Origin: a virus
Direction: 5' to 3' (one strand)
DNA length: 64,000 nt
Virus record (IMG/VR): IMGVR_UViG_3300033475_000008
Span: 27,441 to 91,440 of that record
Position 1 is the stretch's first letter. Each line of letters begins with the position of its first letter. A model generated the notes under the pieces. That model was not told the origin of the DNA, ran no database searches, and worked only from the letters and a program-made list of their open reading frames with translations. The translations under genes and the position numbers were made by a program. This document shows positions 17,880 to 27,225 of the stretch, one piece after another.

Positions 17880-18808
17880 CAGATGACCCGCCGGTAGGGA
17901 CCGAGGATCTGCTGGTATTCCTTCTGCAGAGAGAGGATACCCATGCCACCCGTGGTCTGACTACCTGGGAGGTTTTGCACCGTGACAGCAGTGATACCGG
18001 CTTCCAGGGCTTGCACCGTCGTGGCCAGGATGGTGGCCCACATGATGTCACCTGGAAGAGAGGAGAGGACGACCCCGCTGGCGTGGTCATACTGCAGTGG
18101 CTCAGTCAAGGTGAGAGTACCCGGGCCGGCAGGGGTGGTGCCACCGAAGGGAAGCGGAAACGGTGTGTTCGCTGACACGCTCTGCACGGTCACGGTCTCA
18201 GTCTGAGAGCCGTCGTAGATGAAGGCCATGGCACCGGTGAACGCGGTCACGTCATCTACGGTGACCGTGGTCGCCAGTGCCTCAGCGGGCGTCGTGAGTG
18301 ACGTGTGGGGCCACCCGTTGTTGTAGGTGGTGGAAGTGGTGTACCCTTGCCGACCCAGCCAACGGGTGACGTAGCCAGCACCGAGGAGGACCGGCTGACC
18401 ACCGTCTGCCGCTGAGGACGGAGTGGTGGTACCGTAGATCCCGATGGGTGGGCGTTCCACCTCATACATGTCACTGGGAACGACCTGCCACTGCCGAGGG
18501 AACGTGTTCCCGGCTACGGCCAGTTGAAGGACCTCAGTGACGGGCCAACGGCTGAGCAGCAACCTGGCGTTGCCGGTGCTGTTCTGGATGGTGAGCCGGT
18601 AGTCAGGCCCGTTGAGGACCTCGGTGTCGACCGTGGCCTGGAGGATCTGGTTGCAGTAGGAGTCCACGATCCCGGTGGCTCGGACGCACATGTTCATCTG
18701 TTCCGCGACCTGCTGCGAGGACGTGGCCTTGGGGAACGGGATGATGTTCCAGCTGATGCCAGTGGGAGCGTTGACGATCATGTCAGGAGTCACGTAAGGC
18801 GTAGCCAC
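17879..18808 (-). CDS. Head-tail adaptor with inserted beta domain
   Basis: TPYVT...ATGIVDSYCN...LPGDIMWA...ILGPYRRV. Confidence 0.75.
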   Translation of the reverse strand: MATPYVTPDMIVNAPTGISWNIIPFPKATSSQQVAEQMNMCVRATGIVDSYCNQILQATVDTEVLNGPDYRLTIQNSTGNARLLLSRWPVTEVLQLAVAGNTFPRQWQVVPSDMYEVERPPIGIYGTTTPSSAADGGQPVLLGAGYVTRWLGRQGYTTSTTYNNGWPHTSLTTPAEALATTVTVDDVTAFTGAMAFIYDGSQTETVTVQSVSANTPFPLPFGGTTPAGPGTLTLTEPLQYDHASGVVLSSLPGDIMWATILATTVQALEAGITAVTVQNLPGSQTTGGMGILSLQKEYQQILGPYRRVI

Positions 18809-18814
18809 GTCGTC

Positions 18815-18973
18815 TCACCTCTCCCGCTCACGTTGACGATGACACTTGCTGCACACCATCTTCTCGCCGTCCCAGGCTGCGTGCTTGTGGCAGTACGGCT
18901 TGTGGCACACCGGGCAGTCACCGACGGGTGGTTGGCCACGGCGAGCGCACAAGCCGCACGTGCCTCGTCTCAT
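18815..18973 (-). CDS. 52-aa Cys/His zinc-finger protein (absent from the ORF track)
   Basis: Hand translation MRRGTCGLC...CPVC...CHKH...CSKC. Confidence 0.55.
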   Translation of the reverse strand: MRRGTCGLCARRGQPPVGDCPVCHKPYCHKHAAWDGEKMVCSKCHRQRERER

Positions 18974-18975
18974 GC

Positions 18976-19659
18976 CTAGTCGGCGTCCCGGAGTACTTGG
19001 ATCTGCTCTGCCTTGGATCGGGTGGTGCGGAGTCCGCGGCTGCGCGCGACTTCACGGAGCTCTGGGAGGCTGAGGGCGTCGTAGTCAGGGGTGTCAGTCA
19101 CCTCTGTGGACACCTCGTCTCTCGGTGGCTCGGGTGCCTCCAACCAGGCGTCTGGGATCTGCAGGTCCCTGGCTGCGACGAGGTCGTTGAGGGTGATGGT
19201 CGATGCCATGTTACCAACCATGGGACTACCACACTCACCGCAGAACTTGGCGTTGAGTAGCATCTCGTGCCCGTTGGGGCAGACGCTGGTCTCCAGTTGA
19301 GGGGGCTGGGTCTGTCCTTGACCGGTGAGGAGCTGAGCGAGTTGCGCGAGCACTGCTGGGAGGTCACCCAGTCCAGAGAGCTTCTCCAGGGCTTGAGCGG
19401 TGCCAGTGGCAGCGTCACGCTGGCCACGCTTCTCCTGGTCCTCTCGAGTGATCTTCTCGTCGTGAGTCTCAGGGATCTCTGAGATGGTAGCTGACCAAAG
19501 AGGGTGGTCTCGAAGGTCGACTTCGCAGCTCGGGCAGTCCAGTGCCCAGAGCTTGACAGGTGCGCCGTTCTCAACGGGTCGGGTGTGGGCCTGGCCACAG
19601 CCTCCGTGAGAGACGGGAACGGCCGTACCAGCGAGGTCCGACCGAGCGTAAAGAGTCAC
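18976..19659 (-). CDS. Zinc-ribbon protein with C-terminal HeH/Rho-N-like motif
   Basis: GTG start with GGAGG RBS; CPSC, CPNGH..CGECG, YDALSLPELREVARSRGL. Confidence 0.65.
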   Translation of the reverse strand: MTLYARSDLAGTAVPVSHGGCGQAHTRPVENGAPVKLWALDCPSCEVDLRDHPLWSATISEIPETHDEKITREDQEKRGQRDAATGTAQALEKLSGLGDLPAVLAQLAQLLTGQGQTQPPQLETSVCPNGHEMLLNAKFCGECGSPMVGNMASTITLNDLVAARDLQIPDAWLEAPEPPRDEVSTEVTDTPDYDALSLPELREVARSRGLRTTRSKAEQIQVLRDAD

Positions 19660-20024
19660 ATGTCCTCCAATTGAGGGGTGTCGACCGACACCGTCTCCGG
19701 CGTCGGAGCTTGAGACGCGTGGTGCTGTACTCGACTCAGAGTCATCAATCGCCACAACGTGGTAGCTGCGACGAGAAACAGTGAGACGATGGTGAACCAC
19801 GCGTAGAAGAAGACGTGGTTGTTCACGTGGAACACGAGACGAAGAAACGTGGGAAGCAACGTGGCAAAGAGAGCACCATCCAGAGAGACGATGGCTCGAC
19901 CCACTGAGTAGCGCCACCAGGGTGCCAAGACGGTGTAACCGGTGATGAAGACGATAGTACTGAAGAAAGCCGTGAGCGCTGCAGTGTCGGCTACGTCTGC
20001 GATAACCCGCAAATTGGTGATCAT
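19656..20024 (-). CDS. Putative holin
   Basis: Three TM segments; APWWRYSVGRAIV motif of actinophage holins. Confidence 0.7.
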   Translation of the reverse strand: MITNLRVIADVADTAALTAFFSTIVFITGYTVLAPWWRYSVGRAIVSLDGALFATLLPTFLRLVFHVNNHVFFYAWFTIVSLFLVAATTLWRLMTLSRVQHHASQAPTPETVSVDTPQLEDM

Positions 20025-20272
20025 GACCGATATCCGTCATGCAACATCTGAGCCACTCCCTCACTGAAGTGGTTTCGACGGTGCTTGTCACCGAGTCGTT
20101 CTGCGTTCAATGCTACTTGGTCTCCCAACCGACTCACCTCCGCTTGCTTGCGCTTTCCCTCCCTCAGTGCCGTCTTAGCTTCTTCTACCTTCTCGTCGTG
20201 CGACAGATCATCTTCATCGACGGGCAGCTCTGGAAAGAAGCGGAACCATACTCTACGCCACGTGGGTGGCAT
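20021..20272 (-). CDS. Holin-associated small coiled protein
   Basis: GGAGG RBS; C-terminal RRNHFSE motif. Confidence 0.6.
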   Translation of the reverse strand: MPPTWRRVWFRFFPELPVDEDDLSHDEKVEEAKTALREGKRKQAEVSRLGDQVALNAERLGDKHRRNHFSEGVAQMLHDGYRS

Positions 20273-20606
20273 CGGGACCACCTCCGGCACCGGAAGGTGC
20301 ACTGGAGCTGCTAGAAGAGGGAGTAGGGAGTGCCTGGAGAACACTGTTGGTGGTTCGGCCGATCTCCAGTGACTGGTAGAGCTGCGTGATAAGAGCATCA
20401 TTTGACTTCTTGACCACGTCATGCGCTTCACGCCAGGTGCGAGCCTGCTCATCCTTCTCCTCGAGTCTCTGCTCATACATCTTGATGAGCCGGTCCACGA
20501 GGGCCTTGGTGAGGAGCTTGCCCGTGAAGACAAGGTAGCCACCCGCGACGACGACTCCACCAGCAGTGGTGTTGGCAGCTAGTGTGAACGTGATCGGCAC
20601 GCTCAT
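20253..20606 (-). CDS. Membrane protein (1 TM + coiled coil), lysis cassette
   Basis: TM-GxL...WREA pattern. Confidence 0.6.
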   Translation of the reverse strand: MSVPITFTLAANTTAGGVVVAGGYLVFTGKLLTKALVDRLIKMYEQRLEEKDEQARTWREAHDVVKKSNDALITQLYQSLEIGRTTNSVLQALPTPSSSSSSAPSGAGGGPDATHVA

Positions 20607-20614
20607 GTCGCTGC

Positions 20615-20893
20615 TTACTCCTCCACGGTGGCTTCACCGCAGCGAGGGCACGTGTCGTTCCAGGCGTTCCAGAGACGTCGGCACTTCTGACAGTACCGGC
20701 CTACCTTAGTGCCGAAGGATTGGAGTGACTGAGCGCTGATGAAGTCTTGTTCCTTAAACTGAGACTTGTTCACCGCGTCTGCGTGCCGATCACTGATCAC
20801 GACTGAGCCACCCGGCTTGTCGGCCTTGTACTTGGTGCCGTCCTTGCAGTCAAAGCCTGAGCAGCCGGGTGGAAGGTTGACGCGTTGACTCAT
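20615..20893 (-). CDS. Zinc-ribbon protein
   Basis: CQKC...CPRCG. Confidence 0.65.
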   Translation of the reverse strand: MSQRVNLPPGCSGFDCKDGTKYKADKPGGSVVISDRHADAVNKSQFKEQDFISAQSLQSFGTKVGRYCQKCRRLWNAWNDTCPRCGEATVEE

Positions 20894-20902
20894 CAGCAGC
20901 TC

Positions 20903-21184
20903 CTAACCACCGGTGGAGATGAATACGCCGACAGGAGTGGGACCAGCCACGGAACCGATGGCCCACAGTTGAGTGCCCTTAGAACCGGGGTACGTGGGAA
21001 TCGTGACACTGGATCCACCAACGATCGCGGCACCGTTGGTACTAGTGACAGTGTTGGTAGTACCCACGTAGACAAACGTGGTGTTGGCTGCAGCCACGCT
21101 GATAGTGACTGAGCCGACACCCGGTGGCACGGTGCACAGCAACACGGCAGTGTTAGGCACGCTACCGGGGATCGGATCGATCAT
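20903..21184 (-). CDS. Small beta-sandwich, putative head decoration protein
   Basis: VYVG..VT..NG motif shared with the two upstream genes. Confidence 0.6.
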   Translation of the reverse strand: MIDPIPGSVPNTAVLLCTVPPGVGSVTISVAAANTTFVYVGTTNTVTSTNGAAIVGGSSVTIPTYPGSKGTQLWAIGSVAGPTPVGVFISTGG

Positions 21185-21663
21185 CAGGTAGTTCCAGCCA
21201 CCACGTTGATCTGACCGCCGACTGAAGTGACGACCGTGACGGCCTCACCAGACACGTGATCGTAGAGTGGTGCCGAGGTGGTCAACGTGGTGGTGGTACC
21301 ACCAGAGATGACCGTGAGGACTTCCTGGCCGCCACCGCTACCGATGAGGATCAACGCACCGTTAGCGATGCCGGTACCAGAGGTCACGGCCACCGTACCA
21401 GTGCCTGCGGTCACGTCTGCCGTGGTCGTGGTCGCTGTCGCGGTCTTGGTGTAGCCACTGGCCGCGTAGAGGTTGACCGGCATGGTGGAGAGGTCGAGGT
21501 TCTGGTTGGGGTAGACCGGGAGACCGTTGGCCGCGGTCACGCCTGCCTGCCCGACGTACACCGGGAACCGACCCAGGTTGCTGAGGAAGAGGTGAGAGGT
21601 ACCTGCCGGCGAGGGGCTGTAGACCAGAGAAGCTGTCGCTGTGATGTTCTGGTTGCCTGGCAT
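21184..21663 (-). CDS. Putative head decoration / fibre protein
   Basis: NLGRFPVYVGQAGVTAANG plus a second beta domain. Confidence 0.6.
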   Translation of the reverse strand: MPGNQNITATASLVYSPSPAGTSHLFLSNLGRFPVYVGQAGVTAANGLPVYPNQNLDLSTMPVNLYAASGYTKTATATTTTADVTAGTGTVAVTSGTGIANGALILIGSGGGQEVLTVISGGTTTTLTTSAPLYDHVSGEAVTVVTSVGGQINVVAGTT

Positions 21664-21696
21664 GTGGTCTCCTGTAAGAGTACGGGTGGTGACACC

Positions 21697-21728
21697 CGCA
21701 CCCGGCCAGCGTGAACTGGCCGGGTGCG
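21697..21728 (-). terminator. Hairpin terminator after capsid/decoration genes
   Basis: cgcacccggccag...ctggccgggtgcg inverted repeat. Confidence 0.6.
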
Positions 21729-21735
21729 GAGAGTG

Positions 21736-22077
21736 TCAGACCACCGAGGCGACGGTGGCCAACGAACCGATGACCCGCGCCGTACCGGACGACGTGATCG
21801 CCCAGATGTCGTTGGTCGTGGTGCCGGTGGTGGCGGTCCAGCCCTGGATGGTCACCTGCTGACCGGCCTTGAGAGCGAGGCCGGTGCTAGCAGTGACACT
21901 GGAGGATCCCAAGAACACGGTAGCCGGACCGATGTTGATGATGGTCACGTCGTGCAACGTAGTCGCCGGATTCAGCGCGGCAAACGCGGTCACGTTCGCA
22001 CTGAAGACATCCACCGTGGGAGTCGTAGTGACCGAACTGACCTGCTGTGCTGGGAGAGAGCCGTCAAAAGTAGCCAT
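21736..22077 (-). CDS. Putative capsid decoration protein
   Basis: Immediately after the capsid gene; strong GGAGG RBS; NIGPATVFLG..VT..TG. Confidence 0.65.
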   Translation of the reverse strand: MATFDGSLPAQQVSSVTTTPTVDVFSANVTAFAALNPATTLHDVTIINIGPATVFLGSSSVTASTGLALKAGQQVTIQGWTATTGTTTNDIWAITSSGTARVIGSLATVASVV

Positions 22078-22092
22078 GTCGTCGTCCTCCTA

Positions 22093-23970
22093 TCAGCTGA
22101 ACGGCGTGGTGTCGGAGACCTGAAGGCCCTGGAGGATGCCCGAGTATTGTGGGGCGTGAGCGCACAGAGCGCCGTACAGGAAGATCGAGTAGCGGAAGGT
22201 CGCGTCGATGACCGGCCACGCGATGGACACGTAGTCCTGCACGCAGGTCATCTCCCAGGCGTTGGCCACGTTGGACCAAGTCTGTGGGAGCTGGTAGGTC
22301 ATCGCCATGGCGGTGCCCTGGGTGAGCCAGGGGTGGACCGTCAGGTTCAGGATCGACTTGGTGATCGGGTTCTGGAACTGGGAGACCGCGGCACCGACCC
22401 GGACACCGGCCACGTCGGGCTGGTCCAGGAAGAGTCGGTAGTTGGTCGCCGAGCCCTGAGAGATCACGTCGTTGCTGAGCCGCATGATGTCGCCACCGTT
22501 GCCGATGAGCTCAGCGGGGTCAGCCTTGAACGCGCCGGTGTTGGTACCGTTGGTCTCCCACAGGCCATCCAGCATCTGGTACACGGCGTTGTAGGAGAGG
22601 TGGGTACCGACGGACTGGTTGACGTAGCCGCCCTGCCAGCCGCTCGGGTAGACACCAGCGCTGGCGGAGGCACCGGTGAGTGTCGGGATGACACCCTCCA
22701 TGCGAGTGCCCTTGCCGGTTCCCGTGTCAGTGGTCGGCGGGTGAGCACCGGCACCGGCTGCGGGTCCCTGGATGGTGATGTACTTGCCACCAACCGGGGT
22801 GCTGGACTGGGTGCCCACGGAGGTGACACCGGCCTGAGTGGTGGCGCCAACCTGCAACCAGAGCTGCGAGTTGGTCGGGGTGGCAGAAGCCGTGGCCACG
22901 TAGATGTTGTAGGTCTGAGCACCGGCGACCGGGGCGATGGCCACGTCGACGACGTTGGTGGTACCCACCGTGGTGATGTCCGTGGACACCGCGCTGGCGA
23001 CAGTCTCACCGTAGTAGTTGACGGCCGTGACCGCGACCACGAAGTGAGCGGGGGAGCCACCGATCGGGGTCTCGTTGCTACCCGCGGTACGCAGGGTGGT
23101 GGTGACCGCACCTGGCGTGGCCAGGGGAGCGCTGGTGCCAGCGAGCATCATGTACTCCTCGCCCAGCATCATCTCCTGGAGGAGGATGAGGTTGGCGAGG
23201 GAGCTGATGTCCTCGAAGCCCTGACCCGCGAACTGAGCGAGGAAGGACAACTGCTCAGTGAGGCCGAAGAACCGGTATGGCACGTTGAGTGCCTGCTCGG
23301 TCTGGTTGCCAGACTGTGGCAGGTTGAGTGGCCAGCTGCTGAAGCTGGTGGAACCGGTGAGCTCCGCGGTGGAGATGTCCAGGACACCCTGGCCACCGGT
23401 ACCGGAGCCGCTGATGCCGGTGAGCACCTTCTCCTGCATCGAGGTACCCTGGCCGGCTGGGCGAGGGAGCTTGTTGCGGAGGACAGTGTAGACCGGGTAG
23501 ATCAGACGAGACGGGGCCCGGAGGTCAAAGGGGACCAGGCCGTAGATGCTGCCGATACCGAGGTTGCCCGCGGTGAAGGACTTCTGAACCGCCTCGGGAC
23601 CACCGGGGAGGCTGCTCATCATCTCGGCCATCTGCTCCGCGATGGAGGGAGCGGTGAAAGCCGACTTCATGAGACCGAAGTTGTCCATGAAGCCCTTGTT
23701 GAGGCCGGCGACGACCTTGGACTTGTGGAACACGCTTCGACTGGTGGCCACGCGCAGGTCCATGGTGGCCTGGTGCGACCGGAGAGCGATCTCACCCTCG
23801 TCTTGGAGGGGCTGGTTACCGGTGACGAAACCGGCTCCCTTGACGAGTTCACCCATGCGCTTCTGGATCATCTCGCCAGTGTGGCTGTACTTGGGTGCCT
23901 CCTCGGTGGCTCCGGCGATCACCGAACCCTGAGAGGTAGGCATCTCCATGGTGGACAGGATGTCTGCCAC
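22093..23970 (-). CDS. Major capsid protein (long; N-terminal pro-region and FN3-like insertion)
   Basis: Position after protease/scaffold; FDL.APS..IYP..T.LRNKLPR; strong codon bias. Confidence 0.8.
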   Translation of the reverse strand: MADILSTMEMPTSQGSVIAGATEEAPKYSHTGEMIQKRMGELVKGAGFVTGNQPLQDEGEIALRSHQATMDLRVATSRSVFHKSKVVAGLNKGFMDNFGLMKSAFTAPSIAEQMAEMMSSLPGGPEAVQKSFTAGNLGIGSIYGLVPFDLRAPSRLIYPVYTVLRNKLPRPAGQGTSMQEKVLTGISGSGTGGQGVLDISTAELTGSTSFSSWPLNLPQSGNQTEQALNVPYRFFGLTEQLSFLAQFAGQGFEDISSLANLILLQEMMLGEEYMMLAGTSAPLATPGAVTTTLRTAGSNETPIGGSPAHFVVAVTAVNYYGETVASAVSTDITTVGTTNVVDVAIAPVAGAQTYNIYVATASATPTNSQLWLQVGATTQAGVTSVGTQSSTPVGGKYITIQGPAAGAGAHPPTTDTGTGKGTRMEGVIPTLTGASASAGVYPSGWQGGYVNQSVGTHLSYNAVYQMLDGLWETNGTNTGAFKADPAELIGNGGDIMRLSNDVISQGSATNYRLFLDQPDVAGVRVGAAVSQFQNPITKSILNLTVHPWLTQGTAMAMTYQLPQTWSNVANAWEMTCVQDYVSIAWPVIDATFRYSIFLYGALCAHAPQYSGILQGLQVSDTTPFS

Positions 23971-24031
23971 GGTGTGTCCTTTCAACGGGAAGCTAGTTGC
24001 CCTGTCGCCGGGCCGGCGGTCGAAGTGGTGA

Positions 24032-26953
24032 TTAGTCGATACCGCGCATCTGCAAGATGCCCTTCAAGGCTGCTTCCCGCTGCCGTGGGTCGTCCGAGTT
24101 GAGGTACCGCTCCTGCAGCACCTGCAACTTCCCCAGCTGTGACCGGTCTTGGACCGTGGCCAGGGTAGTCGGGGACGTCTCGTCCCCGAGGCTCTTGGTG
24201 GAACGTGGCTGAGCGAGGCCCCGCCACGGAGCGACGCGAGGGTCGGGCTCGTCAGCGAGCTGCTCGATCTCCTTACGCGCCTTCTTGAGCAACTTCCGCT
24301 GCTCTGCCAGGTCATCCTGGGCCCTGGTCAACTCAGCGACCAGGGGTGCCGTAGCCTCAGCCACCGCGCTCTTGACCAGGTCGGGGACCAGTGACTTGAG
24401 AAGGACCTGCATGTCAGGTGAGGCACCCGCGGCCTTCTGCACGTTCCCAGACTCACCGTCCACGGTGAGTTGCCGGGGAGTGTCGTGACTGGTGGCCTCC
24501 ACCTGCTCAGTGGGAACGTGTTCCATGGCTTCCTCTGAGGTGAGGCTCATGGGGCAGAGTCCACTGTGTGACTTGGCCAGGTGATCGTGAAGGAGAAGCA
24601 TCGCGGACCGGGTGGTCTCTCGGTGTTGCGTGACTCGCATGGTCCGAGTCTCGGCGTCAGCGCCCTTGTTGGCTGGGCTGTCTGCTGCCGCACCACCGTG
24701 GAGGAACCCACGCTGGAACTGGCTCGCCGTGATCTGCCCACCGATGACGGGTGCCGTGTTGGGTCCCGCGTACTGGAAGGAGGGACGAGCGTTGCCGGAC
24801 ACGATGAGGGGGCGCCGGAACTGCTGTGCCGTCACGTGACCAGGGGTGAGAGCGGTTCCCGGTCCCGGGTTGGCGTCTGTGAAGGACTTGTGCAGCTCCT
24901 GGTGAAGCTCCAACAGGACGTCTGGGTCTGCGTTCTTGACCACGGTGGCCGCGTACCAGCGGTCCTGGGCTGCCAGGGCCTCTTCCATGGGAGCGCCGGC
25001 AGCAGTCTTCATGGCCTCACGCTGCCACAGGGTGGTGTCCAACCCGGTGAGGTCCCGGTAAGGGTGTGCCAGGGTCAGGGACTTGTGACTGTAGGCGGGG
25101 CAGAGAAGGTCATGAAGCGCGCCCAGTTCACCGCCGACACCCAGGGTCTCGTGCTTCATGGCAGTCTTCATGGCCACCTGGTCATCTGGCACGGTGTCCA
25201 GGTGAGCGTCTGCCTCAAAGGACTCGATGGCAGTACCGTCTGGCTCGCGGTGAGGGGCGACGGGCTGCGCGGACATGCCGGTGACCCCGTCAGCGGGGGT
25301 GGGCTCACTGCGGTGAATGCTCTTGGTGACCTCAGCCTTGGCACCGCAGTTGGGGCAAAACTTGGCCTTCTTGCCCATGCTGGCACTGCACTTGCTGCAG
25401 CTGGACTTGCCCTTCTTCACCTTGGGTGTCTCAACGGCCTTGTCTGCCTCGTCAGAGTCATCACCGTCGTCATCAGCCTCGTCTGGACCACCGTCACTGC
25501 GGTTGTCCATCTCGTCTTCACCGTCATCGCCCTCGTCGTCAGGGGCCGGCTTCTTGGACTTGTCGACCGCGTCCTCGTCGTCGCCACCGAGCTTCTCACC
25601 GCACTTGCAGGTGTCAGCGTCGGCCTTGTTGAAGTGCTTACAGCTGGGGCACTGCTTGCCCCCTGCCTTCTCGACGGTCTCATCCTCAGTCACGGCATCT
25701 CCCTTGTCGATACCCAGCTCCTTCTTCCAGGCGTCCGGGAGCTGTGCCACGAACGCTGAGCCCTTGCGGCGGGCGATGCTGATGATGCGGTTCTTGACCG
25801 AGCCAGGGTTGTCAGCCTTGCCGACGAGTGACGCGGCGTCTTGCACGTCACCAGGGGTGACGATGGGATAGGTGCGATTGGGTCCCGCGAAGTCCTCAGC
25901 AGGGAGCTTGTCCCGGTCCACGCCGCCACCGACGTTGGGATCAATCTTCTTCTCAAGGTCAATCGTGCCGGCCTTGTGCTTGTCATCCTGCAGTGCTTGA
26001 AGTGCTTGCAGGATCTCAAGGTTCTGGGGTGAAGCCGGCTTGGTCTTCATGTCTTCAAGGATGGAGCTGATTGACTCACTGGTTGTCGGCTTCACACCAG
26101 GTGCCGCGGTGTGCGTCGCGTTATGGTGATTAGCCAGGGTGGCGAGAGCTGCCGCTGGCTTAGCCTTGAACCCGAGGTCAGTGCCGTCCTCATGGGTGAT
26201 CTTACGACCCGCGTACTTGCCGGTACCGTTGGGTGCCGCGATGTGCCCGATCTTCTCACCGGTGGGCTTGTGGACTACGTCACCGTTGGGCTTGCGCTGC
26301 AGATCACCTACGTTGACGGGTCCAACCTTGATCCAACCATGAGAGTAGCCGTGTGGGCCGACTTTCTCTACCACGTCTTCAGTCTGGTGCTTGTTGAGCA
26401 CCCGCGCTAGATCAGTTGGGCTGGGGGCTGGCCGGCCGAAGAGCTTGCCCACCCATTCCGCGTCACCGGTCTTGGCAGCCTTGACGAGCTCGAATCGGCA
26501 GTTCTTGTTGGCCGGGCGGTCTACCAGGGAGATCTCACCCAGTTCACCACCGATGATGCGACCGTTGACCGCGTGCTTGTCAGCGACGATGACCGGGTGC
26601 ATGATCCCCACGGAGTAGGACCGAAGCACGCCCTTCTTCACGAGGTCCTTCGCGACGGGTTCCACAACCAGGGACTTGACCCACTGACCACCGTTGCCGT
26701 CGCTGTCGACCTCGATACCACGCCCCACGGGACGGTACTGGTCGTGCTGGACTCGAACGTTGCCCCCGGTGTCCAGCCAGTCCTTCACGGCCTTGGCGGC
26801 CCACTCAGGGTCTACGATCTGTCGGTCACTGTCAACGATCCCGTCGGTGGCCTTACCGTAGACGATGACGTCACCGTCTGCCGTGGTTTCCATCTTGGCG
26901 ATGGGGAAGGAGACGTAGGTCACCTCACCGTCGGGGGTCAGCGTGGCTGCCAT
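24032..26953 (-). CDS. Prohead protease (XkdF-like) / scaffold polyprotein
   Basis: VYGKATD..VDSDRQIV..VRVQH..EISLVDRPAN protease motifs; double zinc ribbon; C-terminal coiled coil. Confidence 0.8.
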   Translation of the reverse strand: MAATLTPDGEVTYVSFPIAKMETTADGDVIVYGKATDGIVDSDRQIVDPEWAAKAVKDWLDTGGNVRVQHDQYRPVGRGIEVDSDGNGGQWVKSLVVEPVAKDLVKKGVLRSYSVGIMHPVIVADKHAVNGRIIGGELGEISLVDRPANKNCRFELVKAAKTGDAEWVGKLFGRPAPSPTDLARVLNKHQTEDVVEKVGPHGYSHGWIKVGPVNVGDLQRKPNGDVVHKPTGEKIGHIAAPNGTGKYAGRKITHEDGTDLGFKAKPAAALATLANHHNATHTAAPGVKPTTSESISSILEDMKTKPASPQNLEILQALQALQDDKHKAGTIDLEKKIDPNVGGGVDRDKLPAEDFAGPNRTYPIVTPGDVQDAASLVGKADNPGSVKNRIISIARRKGSAFVAQLPDAWKKELGIDKGDAVTEDETVEKAGGKQCPSCKHFNKADADTCKCGEKLGGDDEDAVDKSKKPAPDDEGDDGEDEMDNRSDGGPDEADDDGDDSDEADKAVETPKVKKGKSSCSKCSASMGKKAKFCPNCGAKAEVTKSIHRSEPTPADGVTGMSAQPVAPHREPDGTAIESFEADAHLDTVPDDQVAMKTAMKHETLGVGGELGALHDLLCPAYSHKSLTLAHPYRDLTGLDTTLWQREAMKTAAGAPMEEALAAQDRWYAATVVKNADPDVLLELHQELHKSFTDANPGPGTALTPGHVTAQQFRRPLIVSGNARPSFQYAGPNTAPVIGGQITASQFQRGFLHGGAAADSPANKGADAETRTMRVTQHRETTRSAMLLLHDHLAKSHSGLCPMSLTSEEAMEHVPTEQVEATSHDTPRQLTVDGESGNVQKAAGASPDMQVLLKSLVPDLVKSAVAEATAPLVAELTRAQDDLAEQRKLLKKARKEIEQLADEPDPRVAPWRGLAQPRSTKSLGDETSPTTLATVQDRSQLGKLQVLQERYLNSDDPRQREAALKGILQMRGID

Positions 26954-27021
26954 GCTCCTCCTTTGGCATATGAAAAGACGAGCCGTGCCTCAGGCACGAC
27001 TCGTCTAGTGACCATAGTATA

Positions 27022-27225
27022 TCACGCAGTGTCACTGGAGCCACTGCCGGTTTGAGCATTGTAGCGACGCATGAAGTCATCGGCCTCGTCAGCAGGAAGA
27101 GTAGTGTGGTCACCCTCGTAGACCGCGCTGAGTCGGTCCTTGAAGGCACCCTCAGCTTCCTCTTGCTTGACGTCCTCGTCTGGCTCAAGGTCGTCGTGCT
27201 CGTCTGGGGCCTGCTCGTCGCTCAT
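27022..27225 (-). CDS. Small acidic protein
   Basis: Coupled to the 1302-aa gene. Confidence 0.5.
   Translation of the reverse strand: MSDEQAPDEHDDLEPDEDVKQEEAEGAFKDRLSAVYEGDHTTLPADEADDFMRRYNAQTGSGSSDTA

Noticed and set aside
21724-24102. 792-aa plus-strand ORF
   Set aside because: Antisense shadow of the codon-biased capsid gene, with no RBS or motifs. The same applies to 1529-2563(-), 24581-25759(+) and most overlapping ORFs.
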